Assembly: GCF_006345805.1 (NCBI RefSeq)
Contig: NC_043021.1
Span: 25,544,001 to 25,608,000 of the forward strand
DNA from: Octopus sinensis
Lineage: Eukaryota
Length of the DNA: 64,000 nucleotides
Direction: 5' to 3'
Position 1 is the first letter of the stretch. Each line of letters starts with the position of its first letter. Positions 40,218 through 52,982 of this stretch are shown here, in pieces. The position numbers and the translations under genes are program-made. The notes under the pieces are model-generated. The model was not told where the DNA came from, ran no database searches, and saw only the letters and a program-made list of their open reading frames with translations.

Positions 40218-41143
40218 CTGCAACGGAAGAAATAATGAAATGTCACATGTGGCGTTCATCGGTTGTTTAATGAGAAAATGAAGACATCGACAGGAACAAT
40301 GGAAGTTGCAAAGAAAAAGAATATGCTGGAAGGTTTTTTTTTTCTTGTGATTTGGAGAGAGAATAGGATTGGTGGTAGTGAGAGACATAGGGCAGAAAGC
40401 AAATTCAGACGGGCGTGTGATTGTGTGTGGTTGATTTGTAAATGTACAATAGTATTGTGCAGTGTATAACATACGTACTGATGTAGTAAAGTAAAATGAT
40501 TTATTAGACACAGAAATTATTATCATTACATGAAGGATGTGAGACAGCCATGATGCTATGGATAGCAACTGGTGAAATAAATATATTCGTCTTTCATACC
40601 TCCAGACTTTTTATTATCTACATATATAAAGGGATAGGGATTTTAAAATCCAGGTGGATATTCTTTAAGTACTCTGTAGTAATCCCTACTTGGCTAACTC
40701 GATCAACCGGTGAGAGAGATGAGGATCGGTGTAGACTGTTGCCCTTGCACACCGGTTCAAATCCAAAGTCCACTTTGAAGAATTTCAGATAAGATTCCAG
40801 ATTATATTTTAAAAAAAAACCCACAAAGAAGAATGGAGAAACACATCTTTGACTGAGGTTTTACAACATATCAATTGCTGCCATACGTTTCTGATCCATT
40901 ACAATGTGGGTGGCCTTGAGAATAAAATGCTGGTGGTTATTTTATAGATCCCCATAATGCTATAATCAAGTTGATAGGGATCAATTAACATGCAGCAGCA
41001 TTATTGCATTAAAGGATTATGCAACAGAAGCATATCAGAAACGAATGTTGGTAATTCATGTGTTGTAAATTATCAATTAAAAATGTGTAATTTTCCATTC
41101 TTCTCTGCGCTTATATATACATATATCTATCAATCTATCTATA

Positions 41144-41182
<39 letters not shown>

Positions 41183-41188
41183 TATCTA

Positions 41189-41225
<37 letters not shown>

Positions 41226-41427
41226 ACTTGATTGATATATATTTTCTCATTACCAGAAAGCTGATGTGAAGTCCAGAAGTAAAGCTAGAACTAGACCTTG
41301 TGAAGTATTTAGCTCAATGTTCCACCATTTCTTCAACATCCCCATCCTTGCTACAGACACCAATCAAAATAATTACAATAAATGAAAATGCAGCAAAGAA
41401 ACCTGGAAATGAAAGTCTGCTACGTAC

Positions 41428-41643
41428 CGGAGTATTGTACAGTTGCTCCAAGCAGAGAATCCAGGAAAGAGCCACCAAAGCCACAGACTAAGCCGACTAT
41501 GATGACCGGCCACTGGACCGGACTCTCTTGGAGCTTCCGTTGGTTGATGGTCAACAAGAGAGTTAAATAGTAAGTAACACCGATAATCAAACCACCAAGG
41601 GCACTGCATAGTAAACCGACAAAGGATATGGCACCATTGGTCC
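41428..41643 (-). CDS. TMEM19: TMEM19 exon 5 (GTNGAISFVGLLCSALGG...GSFLDSLLGATVQYS)
   Basis: Acceptor ttccag|, donor G|gtacgt, 216 nt. GTNG and GS..DS.LGAT.Q motifs. Confidence 0.95.
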
Positions 41644-41769
41644 CTGGAAAACAAAAAAAATTTAGGGGTTGGGTTAAATATTGACTGATTGCTCTTACGG
41701 AAGAATGGATATATGAAGATTGATGATGATGATGATGATATCTATAAGATGCTGAGATTTATATTGTCA

Positions 41770-42090
<321 letters not shown>

Positions 42091-42721
42091 TCAATATTTC
42101 TGTGGGAAAAAAAAAAAAGGGGACTGACATGTATTCAAAACTGAAGATGGCCTTCGTTTCTTTCCTCTTCCTCATGCTTGCTACTCAATTTGTCCAAACA
42201 ATAGCACTAATTAACATTCAACAACACATTCTATTGGACATTTCCTTAATTAAAATCTCAGTCCTGTAATGATTGAGCAGAAAATGGGTTTCTTTATTCG
42301 AATGTTTATAGTGTACAGACTTGAGATGAGATTATTGTGAAAACTGCCAGTATTGGAGAAAAGATTTAGTTTTTTTTCTTGTAAGGATGTCACTTGTGTT
42401 AAAAAAATAATCTTTTGTATGCAGAACTGTTAATTATTTAAAAGTAACTAAAAACAAAATCTTTGATCCATTAAAAAAAGAAAGGTGTTGGTAATGAATT
42501 AAATGCAATTAGTAACAAATATGGATACAGAAACATCACAAGACAAAAAGGCAAAAAAAAGGTTCTTCCCAGGCATTCAGTTTTTGCATAATAAGAATTT
42601 CCAGGTAAGCTGACTTAATCCATTCAGAAACAAAATACTCAGGTGTGCACAAAAGTTTCAATAAAAAAAAAGCAAAAACCTCCCAAAAATAAATTGCAGA
42701 AATTGAACATGATGATGATGA

Positions 42722-42780
<59 letters not shown>

Positions 42781-42781
<1 letters not shown>

Positions 42782-42898
42782 GTATGTAAAACAATTTAGA
42801 TCCAAATGAATATGGTATTTAACTTAGATGCACCAGAATTTTTTATGGTATTACCCATAAAATTATGTGGGGTGATTATAACCAAAAAATAAGCAACA

Positions 42899-42958
<60 letters not shown>

Positions 42959-43076
42959 CGTATGTAAAACAATTTAGATCCAAATGAATATGGTATTTAA
43001 CTTAGATGCACCAGAATTTTTTATGGTATTACCCATAAAATTATGTGGGGTGATTATAACCAAAAAATAAGCAACA

Positions 43077-43085
<9 letters not shown>
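42781..43085 (+). repeat. Exact tandem duplication of a ~126-bp unique segment separated by (TA)n
   Basis: 42781-42906 repeats at 42959-43085. Confidence 0.9.
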
Positions 43086-43116
<31 letters not shown>

Positions 43117-43503
43117 TAATATAAGCAGCTAAGCGCAATATAAAACCATAAAAAGAAAATTCAACCATCACTAATTGTGAGTGAGGGTGCTGAATAGCCC
43201 CTATATTGCTAGAAACTCTTAAAGCTGCATAAATGTACATTTATATAGAGTGACAGGGGAGATAACTGCGCCATGAGCTAAGCTGGAATCACTGGACTAG
43301 TTTCGTCTGTTAATTTCAAACTCCCGAGCAGTTCTCAACCTCACTGCTTAGATGGTTCAGCTAAAACCTTCTGTCAAGTATATGTATTTAGCAAGATGCG
43401 ATTGTCGACACTAAAAATTGATATAAGTGCAGAAAAATTTAACCATCACAAAATCACAAATTGTGACTGAGGGTGATGAATAACACCTATATATATATTT
43501 ATA

Positions 43504-44053
43504 CACGAGGGTGAGTCAAAAAGTAATGCCATTTTGTTTAGGACAGGTATAATTACCAACACAGGAACATGTATAATACATCAAAATGAAGCTGGTCCTC
43601 TGTGGATCACATCCCTACTTCTCAACATAGTCACCATTTCTCTCAATAGCAATGTTCCACCTTCGAATGAGAGCATGTATCCCTGCCCCATAAAATTCTG
43701 TTGACTGTTCTTTGAGCCACTTCTTCACTACAGTTTTCACTTCATCACTGGAATAATGTTTGCCTCTCAAACCCTCTTTCATGGGGCCGAAGAGATGATA
43801 GTCCAGTGATGAGGAAGTGAAAACTGTAGTGAAGAAGTGGCTCAAAGAACAGTCAACAGAATTTTATGGGGCAGGGATACATGCTCTCATTCGAAGGTGG
43901 AACATTGCTATTGGGAGAAACGGTGACTATGTTGAGAAGTAGGGATGTGATCCACAGAGGACCAGCTTCATTTTGATGTATTATACTTGTTCCTGTGTTG
44001 GTAATTATACCTGTCCTAAACAAAATGGCATTACTTTTTGACTCACCCTCGTG
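43504..44053. mobile_element. Fold-back mariner derivative made of two inverted 3' ends, TA TSD, in TMEM19 intron 3
   Basis: TA|CACGAGGGTGAGTC...GACTCACCCTCGTG|TA with ~250-bp arms. Encodes DYHLFGPMKEGLRG...GIHALIRRW...GDYVEK. Confidence 0.92.
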
Positions 44054-44177
44054 TATAAATATATATGTGTGTGTGTGCTGAATAGCACCTATATACATAC
44101 ATAAACACACACACACAAACATGGGGCAGGAAGTGAAGTGTAGAGAGAAAAGAAATACAATTTGAGTTTTTACCTAC

Positions 44178-44315
44178 CCTCTTTGAAGTTTTCCTCAAAG
44201 GACCTTTTTTTACTGCCGCGGAATTTTGTGGCAGACGACGCCGTGAAGAAGAAGACAATCAAAGATGTGGCAAAGCAAATGTTGGCAGAAATCATCAGGA
44301 ACCCAACAAACAGGG
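44178..44315 (-). CDS. TMEM19: TMEM19 exon 3 (ALFVGFLMISANICFATSLIVFFFTASSATKFRGSKKRSFEENFKE)
   Basis: Acceptor aaacag|, donor G|gtaggt, 138 nt, phase 1-1. Contains the FF..S..TK....K motif. Confidence 0.93.
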
Positions 44316-45039
44316 CTGTTTAAGTAGAGAAGCAGTTACTTGTATAAGACTACTAATACAGAGAGCAAATATATTTCACACACACATATCTATAATGTTG
44401 TAGATAGTCAACCCATTTGATCCCTCTTGAGACCTTAACTGCAGACTCCATGCACAGGAGAATTTACCATCAGGGCTTTACTCAAGTGACCCTGCCATTC
44501 AGCCAGGATGGTAGGGTCATTGAGATAATCTGCAAGAAAATCTCATTGAAACAGTCTTTTAGTCAGCTGTCAGTTCTGATTGTTGGGTATATGCAGAGAC
44601 GATTGATAACAGGGCTATTGGAAGATACCTGGTGGTGCTTAACTATTGAACCCATGATGCATTGAATCACAATGAAGCCTGAAAATGCTTTGTACACTGA
44701 CACAGCTTTTGTGCTGTTGAAGGAGACTAAGTTATCAGGACCAGCTGTGTGGTTAAGAAGCTCATTTGGCAACCACATGGCTTCAGGTTCAGTCCCACTG
44801 TGCAACATCTTAGGCAGGTGTCTTCTACTGTAACCCCCAAGCTGACCAAAGCCTTATGAATGGATTTGGTAGACAGAAACTGACTCCATTCTGCAAAGTG
44901 GTTGGTGTTAGGAAGGGCATCCAACCATAAAAACCATGCCAAAACAGACACAGTAGCCCAGGGTAATCTTCTATCTAGTTGGCTCCTGTCAACCATCCTA
45001 CCCATGCATTCATGAAAAACGGACAGTAAATGATGATGA

Positions 45040-45077
<38 letters not shown>

Positions 45078-45218
45078 CATATTTTATTCGAAATCATAGT
45101 TGTTCGAAAATTGAGGTACTACAGTGTATGTGTGTATATGTATATATTATTACAAAGAATAAGTACTGGGATCGATTTGTTCAACTAAAGGCGGTGCTCC
45201 AGCATGGCCACAGTCAAA

Positions 45219-45768
45219 TCATCATCATCATCATCGTTTAGCGTCCGTTTTTCATGCTAGCATGGGTTGGACGGGTCAACTGGGGTCTGTGAAGCTGGAA
45301 GGCTTCGTCAGGCCCAGTCAGATCTGGCAGTGTTTCTACGGCTGGATGCCCTTCCTAACGCCAACCACTCCGCGAGTGTAGTGGGTGTTTTTTATGTGCC
45401 ACCTGCACAGGTGCCAGACAGAGCTGGCGAACGGCCACGAACGGATGGTGCTTTTACGTGTCACCGGCACGGGGCCAGGCGATGCTGGCAACGGACACGA
45501 ACGGATGGTGCTTTTACGTGCCATCGACACGGGGCCAGACAGAGCTGGCAACCGGCCACGAACGGACGGTGCTTTTACGTGTCACCGGCACGGGGGCCAG
45601 CCGAGGCTGGCAACGGACGCGAACGGATGGTGCTTTTACGTGCCACCGACACGGTTGCCAGACAGAGCTGGCAAACGGCCACGAGCGGACGGTGCTTTTA
45701 CGTGTCACCGGCACGGGGGCCAGCCGAGGCTGGCAACGGACACAAACGGATGGTGCTTTTACGTGCCA
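45219..45768 (-). mobile_element. 3'UTR-only copy of the PHD-RTE family (six ~60-bp units plus tail) nested in a SINE tail
   Basis: Reverse complement of the 22815-23190 type sequence. It splits the SINE end GCATGGCCACAGTCAAAT / GACTGAAACAAATAAAA. Confidence 0.85.
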
Positions 45769-46420
45769 AAATGACTGAAACAAATAAAAAATATATAAAC
45801 AGGGGTAATTTAGGTGTTTCTCTGGGGACTGGAAAAAGTGATGGGGAGCCTTCACTGGTTTTTGGACTTTATTGGGATCTCATCCGAAGTGTCTCCATCA
45901 ATTGAAACAAGCAGCCAGCATTCAAGAACTTCAGTGGCTACAGAGAAGTGGGGCTGCTAATTTGCATACAGGGGCCTGAGTATGTCTTTGTGTTTGTTCC
46001 CCTCCACTGCTTGACAACTGGTGTTGGTTTGTTTACATCCCCATATATTTATGGTTTGGCAAAAGAGACCAATGAAATAAGCACGAGACTGAAAAAACAC
46101 AAGTACTGGAGTCGACAAGGTTTGACTAAAACTCTTCAAAGTGGTGCCCCAGCATGGCCACACTCCAATGACTAAAACAAGATAAAAAAATTTTAAATGC
46201 CCACAAAATGGCAGTTTTGGGGGTCTCTTTCTGAAGCTTAAATCTGGTTTATGGAGGTGTGGTGCAGCCTCAATGAAATGTGGTACAACAAGCAGGGGTA
46301 TGATAGGGAGTGGCAGTAGGGATAAGCAAGGGTAAGAGGATAAAGCATAAGCTACCACCACCACCACCACCACCATAGCAACAACAAGAACAAACCAAAA
46401 CAACCACAGAGAAGACGAAC

Positions 46421-46531
46421 CACTAAAAGCTCCAGAAGTATTCAGTGATTTCCGGTGGAAGGCTACACTGGCTAAAAGCACGGGTGAAACTGTGGAAGCA
46501 ATCCATCGCCAGGGAGTCACGGCTTCGTAAC
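46421..46531 (-). CDS. TMEM19: TMEM19 exon 2 (GYEAVTPWRWIASTVSP...HRKSLNTSGAFS)
   Basis: Acceptor ttccag|, donor G|gttcgt, 111 nt. PWRW and KSL..SGA are DUF92/TMEM19 motifs. Confidence 0.9.
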
Positions 46532-46732
46532 CTGGAAAAGACAAAAAACACACAAAAATACTCATAAGACAACTTTTAACACAAAACAAATTCATTTTGT
46601 TCATCAAATTTAGCAGCTAAAGTTGGGGATCTGGCTGCACGGATTTTGATGATGTTTAGCTGAGCAGATACAAATTCATGAAAGAAAGGAAAAGAATGGA
46701 TATAAAACTCGCTCTCTCATATATATATATAT

Positions 46733-46970
46733 AACGGGAAGCTTTATGAAAATAGACAAAAGACGAAGGCAGGTTTACGGAAATAAACAAAAGACGAAGG
46801 CAGGTGGAATACAAACAAACAATTGTATTAGTATGGCACTCAGGAAATATAAATAAAACAAGTCTTTAACATTTCGAGCCTACGCTCTTCAACAGAAAGA
46901 TACACAGAGAAAAAACACAGAAAGAAGGAGAGAAAAAAAATATGCGTGCAGAGGCTAACGAATCAACATG
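46733..46970 (-). mobile_element. Second copy of the 1277-1478 pLTR-like repeat, in TMEM19 intron 1
   Basis: Reverse-complement match, with an internal duplication of ACAAAAGACGAAGGCAGGT. Confidence 0.65.
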
Positions 46971-48123
46971 ATAAAATACACAGCTTATTTTGAGATTGCT
47001 AGTGTTAACAATACAAAAAATACAGACTGGATTTGTAGTGCTCCAAATGAGCTATATTTCACTTCTTAATTTGAACGGAGGCAATGCAAGCGGAAACTAG
47101 AGGAACATGATTAAAATCCACACTCGAAGACCAAATAGATACATATATTCTTCCACATTTATAAAACGGATGTATAAATTCCAGATATAAAGATATAAAA
47201 ATGTATATATAAATAAATAGATTTCAGTTGGTGTTATACATAAAACATAAAACACAGTGAATTTACATTTTAAAAGTTAAAAAATATTGGTATAATAAAA
47301 AATTTGGGATGATGAAACATTAAAAGGACGTATTAAAAACCTCCAAAAAATAATAATTAATGGTAGTCAACTGTTGTTGATCTTTCCATTTTCTGCTTAA
47401 TTTATTATTAATATATTATTATATTTTGTATATCATTTAATATACAAAATATAATAATATTAATATATAAATTTTGCAAAATTTGGATATTCCCCCCCCT
47501 GTACCCTTACTCCCCACTTAGATCTCATTGTGACCTCCTTTGTTTCCTACTTTAGACCCCTTTTAATTGATAATCATAATATAGTTTAAGTCAGCCCCGC
47601 CCTTCCCCTTTCCGGTTATCACCTACATACCATTTATCTTGCTAGCATCTTCTGAGTCATGTTCTTTTCTGTAGACAGGGTGAATTTACAGTCATAGTAA
47701 AATAGGGGTGAGGAAGAATTAATTTACCACCAGTAGCAAGGACTTAACTGTCAATTCCCTAACGGGATGTCGAATACTTGCTGTATTGGATCTTTTGATT
47801 GCGATAAGGAGAAAGATGAATGGAGCTAGATCCCCACTACTCCTTCTTGACCCCCATTGTTATTTTCTTCTGCCATTTAAGTATTTTCTCCTAAAGTTCA
47901 ATCTGCAGTAAACATTGTAATTCTTTTATTCTCTAGTTCTGATGAAAAATTTGCTAAAAAAATTATAATGGAGTATCCTGTATGTTGAAAACCAATATGG
48001 TCATCTGCGTCTGAGGAAAGCAGTTTATTTCGAATTGATGTAATGTTTGCATTGATTGATTAAATGGAGCCACTTGAAATGGCTGTAATGCACTATTACC
48101 TGGACATCCTTGATACTTATTTG

Positions 48124-48198
<75 letters not shown>

Positions 48199-48200
<2 letters not shown>

Positions 48201-50281
48201 GGTAGCGATCATCGTCTGGTAAGGGCAAGGGTCGTCATCGACGGGGAGAGGGAGAAGATGCCACTATATTTGGCGTCGAAGGGAAAACGTGTCTGAGTCT
48301 ACAACGAGGCAAAGCTGCAGGAAGCCATCTTGCAGGAAGACTGGTGCCAAGGAGACGACATAGACGATGACTACAACTCACTGATAGGGAAACTGAAGGA
48401 GTGTTTAAGGAAGGCTAAGGGAGTATGCCCAAGAGAAAAGAAGGGAAGAATCTCGGAAGAAACTACAAAGTTACTTGAGAAGAGGAAAAATATGAAGAGG
48501 ACTATTGAAGATCACCTTGAATATTCCCTTCTCAGCAGAGTGATTCGTCAGCAACTAAAGAAAGACTTTGAGGCATACCGGATGGAGAAGCTCTTGAAGG
48601 CCGCAGAGGAAAAGAAGAGCCTCAAGAAATGCAAGAGGGACATGGTACTATATAGATCGGAGGTGACGGCCCTGAAAAATACAGATGGAATACCGGTCAA
48701 CGAGAAGAGCGAGATGGAAAAAGTTTGCGAAGACTTCTACACCAAGCTCTTTAAGTCTACCAGAAATGTCCAGCCGTTACCACCACTCCAACAGGAAGAA
48801 AACGTGCCACCTATCCTTGTCTGTGAGGTTGAAAGAGCCATCGGCTCGATGAAAAACGGAAAGGCTCCAGGGAAAGACAGTATAACATCGGAGGTGCTAA
48901 AGTCAGGCAGAGAGCAGCTCTGGAAAATCCTCGCTGACCGATTTACACACTATCTAGACAAGGGAAGAATTCCCTCACAGTGGAAAGAGTCAAATACCAT
49001 CCTGCTGTATAAGAAGGACGACAGAGAAGATCTAAAGAACTACCGACCCATATGCCTGCTGTCTCACGTGTACAAGCTGTTCACGAAGATAATTCTGAAC
49101 GGGTTGTCACGTCGTCTCGACGAACAAAAACCGAGGGAACAATCAGGCTTCCGGAAGAACTACAGCACAATGGACCATATATTTACTCTAACGCAACTGC
49201 TTGAGTGAGCAAATGAGTACAAGCTGTCTCTTTGCATTGTGTTTATAGATTATGAGAAGGCCTTCGATAGCGTCGAAACCAACGCAGTGCTGAACTCGCT
49301 GCAGAGGCAAGGAGTCGAAGTGCAATATGTGCAGCTGCTCAGAGAGGCAAATTCTGGATGCACCACCAACATAACTCTACCGTCATCACCCATACAAGTG
49401 CCGGTCAAGAAGGGAGTGAAGCAAGGAGATACAATCTCCCCAAAACTTTTCACTGCATGTCTCGAACAGATCATCAGAGGCATCGAATGGCAAGGTGGTG
49501 TCAACATCAATGGCGAGCTCCTCACCCACCTCCGTTTCGCTGACGACATCGTACTCATCGCTGAAAACATGGATCAGCTTCAGACCATGCTGACGGAGCT
49601 CAACATCAAAAGCTCTGCAGTAGGTCTCAAGATGAACCGCATGAAAACAAAGTTCATGCGGTCAGACAACGTACCAACAGGTCGAATGGTGATCGGCAGT
49701 GATGACATAGAGGAGGTAAGGGAATATGTCTTCCTGGGACAGATGTGCCGAGATATCGAAAAGGAGATCTCATGGAGAGTAAGGGCCGAATGGAAGGCAT
49801 TTAATAGCATAAGGGATGTGCTCAAGGGAAGGTTGGACAGGACCACCCGCGCCAACCTCATCCACAGTCCAGTTCTGCCTGCAATGTTATATGGTAGTGA
49901 AACATGGGCTACCACAAAGAGAGAAGAGCAGAGACTGGTAACAGCTCAAAGAGCCATGGAAAGGACAATGTTTGGTATCTCGTTGAGAGAGCACATCAGT
50001 AGCGAGATCATCAGAAAGAAGTCCGGCGTGAGAGATGTCATCGCAGAGTATACACGCAGCAAGTTTAGATGGGCTGGACATGTCGCCCGGCTCACCGATA
50101 ATCGATGGACCCGTGCGAGCGGAAACGACCACCCGGAAGGCGTCCACGATGGTGGAGTTACGATTTCAGGAGGACGATTGGGATCATGTGGATGAGAAAG
50201 GCGCGATCCAAGGAAGAGTGGACAGCGTGCTGTGACCAGCAGTGTCAAATGGACGCCTGACGGACTGGTTGATCAAGGTGA
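48199..50281 (+). mobile_element. 5'-truncated RTE LINE (APE end + RT) inserted in (TA)n of TMEM19 intron 1, antisense; premature stops
   Basis: GSDHRLV, GKAPGKD, NYRPICLLS, QSGFR, FIDYEKAFDS, GVKQGDTISP, FADD, YGSETW, RWAGH. An in-frame TGA lies at 49206. Confidence 0.95.
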
Positions 50282-51584
50282 TATATACACACACACCTGT
50301 GCAATTATGTTAAAGGATGCAAAAAAGAAAAAGAGTACTCAATACATCTATATTTGTATAGAGTAGGTTCTTTTCCAAACTACTTGAAATTTCCTATGTC
50401 TTTGTTTAGATTGTATGGGAGTAAAAATGCTGAGAAGCAAGATGTTGAATAGGGGTCAGGTGATGGACTTCAGTACGCTCTGCTGGTGTTGGTGAAGTCA
50501 AGTGCAGATGATTGAGAAGTGTTATGCATGGTTCGGTTTTCCAATAGTGAAAGAGTTCATTTTTCTTTTGGGATAAAATGTTCTTGGTCATAGAATTACC
50601 ACTGTGAGGAAATCTGGAAAACTACACACACACACATCGTTACCATCGGTTGGATGGTTTGACAGGATCTCTAAGCTGCAGGGTGGCACCGAGTTCTAGT
50701 GTCAGCTTTCACAGGGTTGCAATGGCTGGACGTCCTTCCACTCTACAGAGAGTACATGGTGCGTTTTTCATGTCACTTGCATTTGTGAGGTTACCAAGTA
50801 TCTTGCGAGATACAAAAGGAACAGAGTGGGGGGAGGTCCAGCGGCTAAATGACAGGCTTCTTTTAGTTTCCATCAACCAAATCCACTTTTCCAAAACCCT
50901 GCTGATTGCTGGTTAAACTTTGTAAATAAAGATTTTTAAATTTCAACCACATTTTCCATCACCTAATTGGATTAGCAATGAAATATTGCAGCATTAGGTC
51001 TCTTAATTTGGGCTTTAAAAGTTCTCCCTAGGCAGGGGAAGTAGACAAGTGCCGTTTCGTTATCCTTTGCTTTTCATGTAGCCTCCAAGTTAGGGGGTCT
51101 TTCTCTCAACGAGTTGTAACAACTTGGGCATTACGGGTTTCGATTGTGTGGTGAATATAACGAGATATACTTATTGACTTATTTTATATCGTAACTGGTG
51201 AACAATAGCGTCGTTGGTTACAGTTTTCCAGCGGGCGGACAATCACTGCATTTCAACGAACTTTAACTTGTAGCAGAACATATCCCAAACATCATTGTCG
51301 ATATTTCTCGCTGCGATATCTACACATATATGCAATGGATACACACACGGCTTTGGCAGAAGACCCCTAGCTGTGAAACGAACTTCTTAATGACACACCC
51401 AGGCCTTTCTAGAGTTGTGATTTAGGCCATCTGCTGGGTAGTCTCAAATGGGAGAAGTGTGAAACATATTTGCTACCAAGGGAAGGCGACATGTAACAAG
51501 GCGGGACTCAGTGAGTTGATTCGCAGTACGAGGGGGCCCCTTCATCCCGTTTCCGTGGCCCCTAAAATGCACTTAACAACTTAC

Positions 51585-51717
51585 CTGAATCTTGAAAGAT
51601 GATTCCGTATCCAATATTTAAGACCCAACAACAGAATCCGAAAATAGCAGCAGCACCGGCGAAGACAATATACAAGAGAAGGTTTTCGTAGCGTTGGGAG
51701 AAACCGGACGACGCCAT
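51585..51717 (-). CDS. TMEM19: Transmembrane protein 19, exon 1 (MASSGFSQRYENLLLYIVFAGAAAIFGFCCWVLNIGYGIIFQDS)
   Basis: ATG in AACATGG context, hydrophobic segment, donor CAG|gtaagt in phase 1 matching exon 2. Confidence 0.88.
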
Positions 51718-52030
51718 GTTATCAAACACATGTAAAGATGGTGTTTCTTTCGTGTCCGTAAGTAACCTCAGTAGACTGCTCGGTCAAAACGACGAAATAA
51801 GAAACAATGTGTGAAACTTTATAAATTACGTATTTATATTTTTGATGCATAGATCAAAAAGATTATCGTAAAAAATAAAATTTATTATACGAAGCTATTT
51901 TTGATAACTGAGTTTAACAAAGTTTAAGTGAGGAAGTTAAAGGGAAAGAATCTTAAACTCGAAGCAAGGTTCGGTCCGGGTCGCCAGATTTCAAGGAGGC
52001 ATTCATGTAGAATAGCGTCGAAAATTATAA
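51718..52030 (-). promoter_or_regulatory. Probable TMEM19 5'UTR/promoter region
   Basis: Directly upstream of the ATG and visibly enriched in CpG relative to the CpG-poor flanks. TSS not determined. Confidence 0.35.
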
Positions 52031-52949
52031 TTTTAAAAAAATTTTCTTTCAAGCGAGTGTGTTTTAAACATTGTAGTTTACGACCCAGAAATAAATAAAA
52101 AGAAATAAATTGGTTGTTGGGAGGGAGGATTTTTTCTTTCTGACTATTTTTCAGATCTATATTACATATATTAAAAAAAAATATATAATATCAGATATTT
52201 AAACCATAAACATGGCCTCCTTCTGCCCTAAGGAGACACGCTTTTATTATAATTCTGTTCTCACCTTGGGTGCTTTGTAAGAATAAGAAGGCACTTCCCA
52301 CTTCTTTCTCTTATTCCTTCTCATCATCATCACTTATGTCCACTTTCCCTGCTGGCATGGGTTGGCTGGGTTGTCACAGTCCAAGTGAGTTTTTATTCAT
52401 AGGATCATGTCTCACACGCACAATTTATGTTTGTTGTGCTTTCTATGCTTTGATACATTTCCTAAGACCCCTCCTTTGGTGCCATGATATAAAACACTTT
52501 ACAAAGAGCAATCATCACCATCATCATCATCATCAACATCATCATCTTCATGGCACCAGCACAAGAGAGGTTAACCTGCCTTTCACAAGTTGAGGCTCCT
52601 TGCTTCGTTTGCCACCCACTTTGCACAATGTACATTTAATAGGGGCAAAATCATGCATTTTATCATGGCATTTTTTCATCATCATCATCATCCTTACCCT
52701 CCTTACTCTCATCATCATCATCATCATCATCATTACCATCATTATCTTCATTGTCATCACCATCTTCACTAATGTAACCATCATCCTCATTCCTATCATT
52801 TATCATTTTGGCATCTTCTTTTCTATGCTTGCAGGGGTTGGACGGGTCTTTTCCAGCACATTGTCTCACCCATTTTCGAATTCCATTTTCATCTCTTTCA
52901 TTTCCAGTCCATGCACTCATGTCAGAACTAGGAGAAAAGCAAACATTCA

Positions 52950-52982
<33 letters not shown>

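Noticed and set aside
45390-45768. CRISPR-like repeat array
   Set aside because: The variable parts are only short loops within tandem units, there are no unique spacers or cas genes, and the array is the 3'UTR of a eukaryotic LINE.
45957-46607. 216-aa single-exon membrane protein ORF
   Set aside because: Only 46421-46531 is TMEM19 exon 2. The rest is intronic (GGT)n and SINE sequence.
49206-49208. In-frame TGA as selenocysteine or readthrough in the RTE
   Set aside because: It is best explained as a CGA-to-TGA CpG transition. A second such stop (~48294) and deletions show decay.
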